NCBI GenBank assembly: GCA_013001685.1
Contig: JABDMD010000163.1
Span: forward strand, 1 to 59,261
Source of the DNA: Gammaproteobacteria bacterium
GTDB lineage: Bacteria; Pseudomonadota; Gammaproteobacteria; UBA4575
DNA length: 59,261 bases
Direction of reading: 5' to 3'
Made by a program: the position numbers and the translations under genes. Of the stretch, positions 52,795-59,261 are shown piece after piece. The notes under the pieces were generated by a model. It ran no database searches. It was not told the DNA's origin and was given only the letters and a program-made list of their open reading frames with translations. Every line of letters begins with the position of its first letter. The first letter of the stretch is position 1.

Positions 52795-53433
52795 TTAGAA
52801 AAACACACCTATATTCGCTGTAATTTCGAAATTGTTAGTAAATTCGTTATCTCCTAGCAAATCCGTTTCATAGACGATGTCACGCACATCCAGTCGTAGT
52901 GATAACCAGTCTGTTGGCAACACTTTCATGCCAAAACCCACGTTATAGGCAAACTCATCTTCATCATTAAACTCAACATTGCCTACCCCAAACATCAGGT
53001 AAAAACTACTGGTCATTGCAAAATTTCGCCCTAGAAAGATTTCGCCAGGAAAAATGTTGTAACCAATTGATACGTTGTAATAGTTAATGTCTTCGTTCTG
53101 TAGAATATTGAAGGTGGTAAGATTCTCTAATGTAGCGTCAGATGCTTCGGACATACCAACAGCGCCTTCAATAAAAAAGTCTTCAGTAATATGATATGCC
53201 GCTCGCAAGCCATAACTAGGTTCGGTACCAAAATCTTCTACATCTAAAACACCGTAATAAGCCGTGATTTCAAAATTTTCTGTATCAATACGTGGTACAA
53301 CGATATCTCTACGATAAATATCCGGTTCAATTACTTGCTCCTGTGTAGATTCAGGCTCAGGTGCATCATCTTCTGCATACACTGGCTGCAAAATAAAAAT
53401 GAGTAATAAAATAAGAATTAATTTAACTTTCAT
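52795..53433 (-). CDS. outer-membrane beta-barrel protein (GltA/GltB-like)
   Basis: Signal peptide, IDTENFEI, R.AYHITEDFF.E, alternating beta strands, terminal FF. Confidence 0.85.
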   Translation of the reverse strand: MKVKLILILLLIFILQPVYAEDDAPEPESTQEQVIEPDIYRRDIVVPRIDTENFEITAYYGVLDVEDFGTEPSYGLRAAYHITEDFFIEGAVGMSEASDATLENLTTFNILQNEDINYYNVSIGYNIFPGEIFLGRNFAMTSSFYLMFGVGNVEFNDEDEFAYNVGFGMKVLPTDWLSLRLDVRDIVYETDLLGDNEFTNNFEITANIGVFF

Positions 53434-53455
53434 GCGATGTCCTATAAGTTAAGCA

Positions 53456-54271
53456 TCAGAAAAAAAATGAAACCCCTGCGCTGAATTCATCAAACTCATC
53501 GTTCCGATCATCTTCTGATAGAACGATGTAACGTCGATAATCACCACGCAAAAAGAATCTTTTAGTTAAGTAATAACGCATTCCCAAACCTAAGTTGGCC
53601 AAGTCATCTTCAGTTTCTATAACTTGGATTAATGCACCTTTTGGTTCGTTTTCAAAACGACCATAGCCAATAGTAAAATGTGGCGTGAGACGCCAATCAG
53701 GGAAAGGTGTGGAAACTAAATTAACAGCATATATATCTGAACTGGATAATTTGCCTGCCACTTTCGAAACTTGAAATTCAAGTGCAATATTCTCGGTAAA
53801 CTTATATGCGAGTCGAACGGAAACTATTGGATCGCTATCAAATTCACCTGCTGAGATTCCAAATTCAATGCGACGATGTAGATAGTCATCATATAAAACA
53901 TCTCTAAATGATTTTGGAATACCTGCTACCGTTAAGGTTTGTTCCATTTGCGCACGACTTACCCAACCCTCTACACCACGATCATTCCTGACTTTAAACC
54001 AGTCAGTTTTGCGCTTCATAATATCTATCCAATCATGGCGTTTAACCACATGAAAAATTGGATAACCTCGACCTGGACCTGTGTGCAATTCAATGTAAGG
54101 GTCAACGATCTTTACGCGTTGATATTCTTTTTCTGCAAAAGCATTAGAAAAAGGTGCAAATACAAGCACAAAAAATAAAAGCACTACAAATGAGTGAGTT
54201 ATATTTTGGAAAGAATCAAAAAAATATCTACAATTAAAGTAATTTTCTTTCATAGAATTTATGGTGCGCAA
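53456..54271 (-). CDS. bacterial SH3 domain + outer-membrane beta-barrel protein; start uncertain
   Basis: DPYIELHTGPGRGYPIF...WFKV...GWV (SH3b) followed by an 8-strand-like barrel ending SFFF. Confidence 0.85.
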   Translation of the reverse strand: MRTINSMKENYFNCRYFFDSFQNITHSFVVLLFFVLVFAPFSNAFAEKEYQRVKIVDPYIELHTGPGRGYPIFHVVKRHDWIDIMKRKTDWFKVRNDRGVEGWVSRAQMEQTLTVAGIPKSFRDVLYDDYLHRRIEFGISAGEFDSDPIVSVRLAYKFTENIALEFQVSKVAGKLSSSDIYAVNLVSTPFPDWRLTPHFTIGYGRFENEPKGALIQVIETEDDLANLGLGMRYYLTKRFFLRGDYRRYIVLSEDDRNDEFDEFSAGVSFFF

Positions 54272-54783
54272 CCTGCTACATTAACCGCAGGATTAGCCAT
54301 GATTAATGTGCAGCTAGGAATAGTGGCTGGTGCTATTGAACATGCTGAGCCATCTGTAGGAGCTGAGATAGAACGCCATTCTGAAATTGCGTTATAACAA
54401 AGACTTGCTGTATTAAATCGTGCACCACCGGTAGGATGCCCTGACCCTGTAGCTCTAGTTAAGAGTAGATTATTATTTAAAGTTCGCGCTTCAACAGCAT
54501 TGAAGTTCATCATCATTTCTATAGAACCCATTGCCGCACCAGGTGTTAAACCAAAGCCTGCTGCTGGGACACCACTAGGTAAGTTATGGCAACCATTTTG
54601 TGAACAAGACTGCCCATCTGATGTGGTGTTATGCATTATAGGATCTACACATGTCTCATAGAGATTGATGCATAGGCTTACACCACTGTTAGGAAGTGAT
54701 TCGTTGGATGTACTGTCACATCCTTGTAATAAAATGATTGGTGCTATTGCGACCAGCAGCACCAGTCGCAATATTGATTGCAC
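54259..54783 (-). CDS. Cys-rich lipoprotein with an atypical CX4CH heme motif
   Basis: Lipobox LQGC; CSQNGCH; distal GHP; resembles the last heme domain of the upstream gene. Confidence 0.7.
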   Translation of the reverse strand: MQSILRLVLLVAIAPIILLQGCDSTSNESLPNSGVSLCINLYETCVDPIMHNTTSDGQSCSQNGCHNLPSGVPAAGFGLTPGAAMGSIEMMMNFNAVEARTLNNNLLLTRATGSGHPTGGARFNTASLCYNAISEWRSISAPTDGSACSIAPATIPSCTLIMANPAVNVAGCAP

Positions 54784-54804
54784 GACAAACCTCTGTTTTA
54801 TCTA

Positions 54805-57738
54805 CTAATTTAGACAGGTTGGATTACTAGCTTCACCCATCATAAGCCAGGTCAAAATTGTGTCGTAAGAGGATCCTGGACCAGTGTCTAAGAAAACCGG
54901 TCGAGTGGCACTAAGCGGATCATTGATATCCACAAGAATCTGTGGATGCGGTAGATTAGGAGCAACATTGTCCGAAATAGGACGTAATAACAAATCATTG
55001 TTCATTGGATCACAAAGATTATTTATCATTGCGCGCGTAACATTGAAGTCACCAGCTTGATTACCTGTTAGGACAAAACGATTGAACTCATCTGCTTCAT
55101 CGTTTTCATCTGCAAACTGAGCAGGATCAACACTAGAGTCTCCACTAAAGCCTTCCGGTGCATGGCAAGACATACATTCAGCTTTTAGTATTGGATGAAT
55201 CTGGTCATTAAATACAGTTCGACTTACTGTTCTGCTCGAAACAATCGCATCTCGAACAACATACTGTCCATTTACAAGTTCGTAAGGTTCGTTTGTATAC
55301 TGTGCACCAATATCTACCCAAGTAGAAATTAGCCATTTTTCATCGGCTGTTAACATTGAAGCATGATCAGTCACTCCAATATCGTAACTGCCACCTGCTC
55401 TCAACTTAGTATTAAAAATAGTTTCAACTAAGTGACTAGTTCGCGAACTGTTTGCTGAGCTGCCTACGCGCACTAACGCTGGACCACGTGGGAATACTAC
55501 ACGGCCGCTTTCTCTAACAATTGGTGGAAGCGGTATACCATTCTCATCAACTCTGAATGGCCCACGCATTAATTGATCATAAGAAATTATATGCCCTGCA
55601 AATCCAGATAACCCACCTTCAAGTGTAAGTCCTGCTGAAATTGGATCACTCAACAAGCTATTTTTGTGGCAGCTAACACATGTATTCGCACCGCGGTCCT
55701 TTTCCCAAATTGGTTGAATATGTGTTACATAATCAATTCGACCATTTACAGGAATTGGAGTATCTAAATTATCAAGCGCTAATTTAAAGTTTTGCTCCAA
55801 ACCACTTGACCAATACTCTGTAAAGTCAGCACTAATAGGACTCAAACTTGGTGCACCTTGATTATTCAATCGCGCACGAGTTTCAGCCATAGTTTCTGCA
55901 CCTAATGCATTTGCATGACTACCCGCTATGGGAGAAACGTTTAATGCAGATTCAGCACGTCTCGGTGAATGACAACCACTACATGTTCTAGTTTCACCTG
56001 GACGCACTTGCAGCCAGTTCGTATGCGTCTGGAATGCTCGTCCGTCTTTATCCAATACACTAATAGTTAAAGCAGAGTCAGCTGGAACCTTTGCTAATAT
56101 AGAGCCATCAGGTTCTACAGGAACATATCCCAACACTTCTTGCATTTCAAAATTGGTACGGCCAATCGCACTTCTAGAAATTCCTGGTGGGGTTGGCAAT
56201 GCACGTGTTACACGTGCAAAGTAGCCTGGTCGATTTAAATAACTTGCGTTATTTGGATCTTTCATCGCTAATAAATCTGGAACACCGCCATTTTTAGGAA
56301 TATTTTCACCTAATGCAGGTACAAGTACGCGATCGCCCATAATATCTAAAAAGTCAGTGTGGTAAACAGACTTTACACCTATCACACCCATACCTTGACC
56401 GTTACCTAAACCATTTGGCTCAGCAGCCATTATTGGATCAACAGGTTTCTCAGGAATAATTAATGGGTAATCACTTAATGCGCGTGGGAAAAGTGGCACT
56501 GGATCTACTAACGCTTTACCTGGTGAATCGGTTTGTACAACGCGTGCAACTTGCGAATCAAAATCTAGCATCCAAATTTGGTACTTCGTAGGACCAAATA
56601 CTTGTTTAACACTACCATTAAACGGATGGGTTTCTGTTGGTATTCCACCAAATTGTGCATTTGGTGCAATTGCATAAGAAACGACTGCACGGTTAGTTCC
56701 ATCCCATAGTGGCATTGGCGTGGAATAACGACCACCCGGTGAGAAACTTCCATCAAAGGTTACAACCTGGTTATTAAAGTACATGTCGATTTGACCATTG
56801 CAACCCGCAGGCACACCGGGAGCTGGTTCGCAATGCTCTGAATAATTAGCAGTATCAATTGAAACTATGGTTCCACCTTCATCGGTACCAGATAGTGGCA
56901 TTAATGTAGACATGATTCTTCCATTTCTTTGCTCCATGGGATGCAAGAAAGAGTTACCAGGACTAAACGCACCATATAAAACAAATAAATCAGTACCATC
57001 TGGATTTACTGTAAAAATCGGAAAGTGATTTCGATTCGCTAAATGATCCCAACGACTAAACATAATTCGCCCATCTTTGAGTACAGTAGGGTTGCGATCA
57101 TGACTTTGGTTAAATGAAATCTGAGTAATGTCTTGTGTAGCAGGATCCAACACATGTAATTGTAATGCTGGTTCTCTTTCGTATTCATCTAATGTTTTAT
57201 GTTTTGCAATATTTTGATCCGTCATCATTTCCTGCATACGCTTTTGACGATTTGAAGTAAATACGATTCTTCCGTCAGGCAAATATGCAGGATCCACATC
57301 GTCGCCAAATTCAGCGACCACGTTATCAGTTATCAAAGGAGCATATTGTTTAGTGGCAACATCCATTTCCCATAAGCTGAATGTTTCATCATTAGGACCA
57401 CGCATAGAGAAAACTACTTTAGTAGCGTCAAAATTAACCGAAGGATCAGAAACATCACCTTGACCTTGCGTATAAGCCGCGGTGATATTCATAGGTAGTA
57501 TTACTGGAATTGAGGCATCCTTATAAATGAGGTCACCACCAGCTGAAAAGGTAACGCCATCGGTAGGATCACCAATCGCATCCAAATTTCTTTGAGCATA
57601 TACAACAGGGAAATCACCATTGATAGTCGTAAACCCTTCTGATGATGTAGATGAACCCGTCTTACAACTAGGGAGTACTAACAGTGCACATAGCACTATA
57701 ACTGTCGCCACCCAAATATGTGTAAAATTCCTTTTCAT
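54805..57738 (-). CDS. multiheme beta-propeller lipoprotein related to hydrazine synthase alpha (HzsA-like)
   Basis: Lipobox LPSC; TolB/PD40-like repeats (DP.YLPDGRIVFTS.R, DGRIMFSRWD); VEPDGS...VPA...GETRTCSGCH; further CVSCH and CMSCH. Start moved to the ATG at 57738 (GGAG RBS). Confidence 0.85.
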   Translation of the reverse strand: MKRNFTHIWVATVIVLCALLVLPSCKTGSSTSSEGFTTINGDFPVVYAQRNLDAIGDPTDGVTFSAGGDLIYKDASIPVILPMNITAAYTQGQGDVSDPSVNFDATKVVFSMRGPNDETFSLWEMDVATKQYAPLITDNVVAEFGDDVDPAYLPDGRIVFTSNRQKRMQEMMTDQNIAKHKTLDEYEREPALQLHVLDPATQDITQISFNQSHDRNPTVLKDGRIMFSRWDHLANRNHFPIFTVNPDGTDLFVLYGAFSPGNSFLHPMEQRNGRIMSTLMPLSGTDEGGTIVSIDTANYSEHCEPAPGVPAGCNGQIDMYFNNQVVTFDGSFSPGGRYSTPMPLWDGTNRAVVSYAIAPNAQFGGIPTETHPFNGSVKQVFGPTKYQIWMLDFDSQVARVVQTDSPGKALVDPVPLFPRALSDYPLIIPEKPVDPIMAAEPNGLGNGQGMGVIGVKSVYHTDFLDIMGDRVLVPALGENIPKNGGVPDLLAMKDPNNASYLNRPGYFARVTRALPTPPGISRSAIGRTNFEMQEVLGYVPVEPDGSILAKVPADSALTISVLDKDGRAFQTHTNWLQVRPGETRTCSGCHSPRRAESALNVSPIAGSHANALGAETMAETRARLNNQGAPSLSPISADFTEYWSSGLEQNFKLALDNLDTPIPVNGRIDYVTHIQPIWEKDRGANTCVSCHKNSLLSDPISAGLTLEGGLSGFAGHIISYDQLMRGPFRVDENGIPLPPIVRESGRVVFPRGPALVRVGSSANSSRTSHLVETIFNTKLRAGGSYDIGVTDHASMLTADEKWLISTWVDIGAQYTNEPYELVNGQYVVRDAIVSSRTVSRTVFNDQIHPILKAECMSCHAPEGFSGDSSVDPAQFADENDEADEFNRFVLTGNQAGDFNVTRAMINNLCDPMNNDLLLRPISDNVAPNLPHPQILVDINDPLSATRPVFLDTGPGSSYDTILTWLMMGEASNPTCLN

Positions 57739-58003
57739 TACCAACTCCAAAAATGTATGAAGATCCTTCTCTATGTAAAAACTCACGTAGATTCAGTCAT
57801 TAACATCAAAAAAATTGACGTTATAACCGCTCTTACGTAATAGCCCTATGTCTCTGATTTAAAAGAACTATATGAACTGATTATTCTCTGGTTAAATGAG
57901 AGGAACCATGACAGGAGTATCAACGGTCAAAACAAACAGACTAATGGTATTAATAATTACCGTACTGAATTAGAAAAAATTTATTCAGTATGTTAGGTGT
58001 GAA

Positions 58004-59047
58004 TCACTTCACACTAGAATTGGAATTTGAAGAGTTTTGTGACTTTTTTTGTTCTTTTTCTAGGCCTTGTGAATAGTAAAGTTTACCTTGCTTATCAACG
58101 ATCACTCCTTCCACACCCTCTAAAATATTCAATAGTGCAAGACCTTTATCTGGTCCCATCACAAAGATACTGGTAGACAATGCATCTGTGGTTGTCGAAT
58201 CACTCGCAAGTATCGAAGCGCTACGAACCTCGCTTGCTGAATTACCTGTCGTTGGATGAATAATGTGATGATATTTCTCACCATCTTCAATAAAGAATCT
58301 CTCATAATCTCCAGATGTAGAAAGAGCTTCGTCTTGTAAGGGCAACATAACTATCACTTCTTCTGTATTTGCAGGATCTCGAATACCCACCAACCAAGCA
58401 CGCCCACGACGGTCTCCAAGTAAACGAGTATCACCACCAGCTGAGACTAATGCATGCTTAATTCCCAGATTACGTAAATGTTGAATCGATTGATCCACCG
58501 CAAAACCTTTTGCAATCCCTCCCAAATCAATTTTTACACCATGCTTTAAATAGCTAATACTCAATTGATGTTTGTCCAACACTAAATTTTTATAATCAAT
58601 GAGTAGCTTTGCAGCCGCAACTTCTTCTTCTGTGGGTTTTATTTCTTTTCGATAATTATACAAGTGACCAACACTTGCATAGGTAATATCAAATGCTCCA
58701 TTGGTAAGTTGCGAAAACTCAATTGACTTTTCAATCAATTCAAATAAATCTTGATCGACTTCTATTGGCCCTTCGTGCGCATACTTATTTATTTTCGATA
58801 ACTGACTTTGTTCAATGTAAGGACTCATCAAACGATTAACACGATCCATTTCTGCGAGCACTTTATCTATGCCCTTTTGACGCACATCTGCATCTGCATG
58901 CCATATTTCAACACGGATTGTTGTTCCCATGATGGCTTCATCTTCTGTCTGCCATTCAGCACTTAATTGCGATGAAAATGCAAAAAATATAAAACAGGCC
59001 AGAATACGGAAGCTATTCAAAAACATCGATATAAATATATATTTCAT
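58004..59047 (-). CDS. apbE: FAD:protein FMN transferase
   Basis: MGT, GAFDIT, IDLGGIAKG, GGD, STSGDYE, HHIIHP.TG, DALST. Confidence 0.96.
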   Translation of the reverse strand: MKYIFISMFLNSFRILACFIFFAFSSQLSAEWQTEDEAIMGTTIRVEIWHADADVRQKGIDKVLAEMDRVNRLMSPYIEQSQLSKINKYAHEGPIEVDQDLFELIEKSIEFSQLTNGAFDITYASVGHLYNYRKEIKPTEEEVAAAKLLIDYKNLVLDKHQLSISYLKHGVKIDLGGIAKGFAVDQSIQHLRNLGIKHALVSAGGDTRLLGDRRGRAWLVGIRDPANTEEVIVMLPLQDEALSTSGDYERFFIEDGEKYHHIIHPTTGNSASEVRSASILASDSTTTDALSTSIFVMGPDKGLALLNILEGVEGVIVDKQGKLYYSQGLEKEQKKSQNSSNSNSSVK

Positions 59048-59171
59048 ATAGGAATTGAAAAATTTAAACTGTGGGATAATAAGAATAAGTTAGACTCTAA
59101 CAAAGAATTCGAGTTCATATAATATGGACATTATACTTATAATGTATATCAGTGAATCAACAAGAACCTAT

Positions 59172-59261
59172 ATGACTTCAAATAACACTAAATCTGATTC
59201 TATTCAGCATAATCCTAGCTGCATGGATGACTTTGATCCAGCTTCTATAGATGCCAAACAA
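59172..59261 (+). CDS. probable 5' end of molybdopterin molybdotransferase MoeA (partial)
   Basis: MTSNNTKSDSIQHNPSCMDDFDPASIDAKQ. SCxDD(F/Y)DPxS resembles the N-terminal extension of beta/gammaproteobacterial MoeA; only 30 codons are visible. Confidence 0.5.
   Translation, partial: MTSNNTKSDSIQHNPSCMDDFDPASIDAKQ

Noticed and set aside
54805-57738. True anammox hydrazine synthase
   Set aside because: No hzsB/hzsC or hao-like genes, a gammaproteobacterial core-gene context, and a lipoprotein signal; only family-level resemblance is supported

Overview
AT-rich chromosomal segment from a gammaproteobacterium, judged from gene content and order; no finer taxon can be supported. Bases 1-41 kb are mostly core genes: yccA (partial), yajQ, serS, crcB, rarA, lolA, ftsK, trxB, aat, thrC-hom-alaC, nlpD-yqaA-pcm-surE, smr and fadE. 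The usual ftsK-lolA-rarA-crcB-serS run is split by a ~13 kb metabolic block: glcDEF, a CPA2 antiporter, a Tat-exported amide/urea-type ABC transporter, an acetamidase/formamidase-family amidase and an FMN alpha-hydroxy-acid oxidase. The main feature is an ~18 kb minus-strand cluster of 17 envelope genes (41024-59047). It combines a flavin transferase (ApbE), a 3xCxxCH beta-propeller lipoprotein resembling hydrazine synthase alpha, a small CX4CH lipoprotein, three outer-membrane barrels (one with an ApbE-type DxxSGAS flavinylation motif), a TlpA thioredoxin with a CxC-tailed lipoprotein, and an Agl/Glt-like TolQ-ExbD-ExbD-TonB motor with TPR scaffolds and a GspC/PDZ-like protein. It looks like an energised trans-envelope redox machine of unknown function. 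Non-coding observations are a candidate C-rich sRNA next to serS, two copies of a GGA-hairpin repeat, and a probable non-canonical rarA start. No tRNA, rRNA, CRISPR array or transposase was seen. All family calls come from motif recognition, not database searches.
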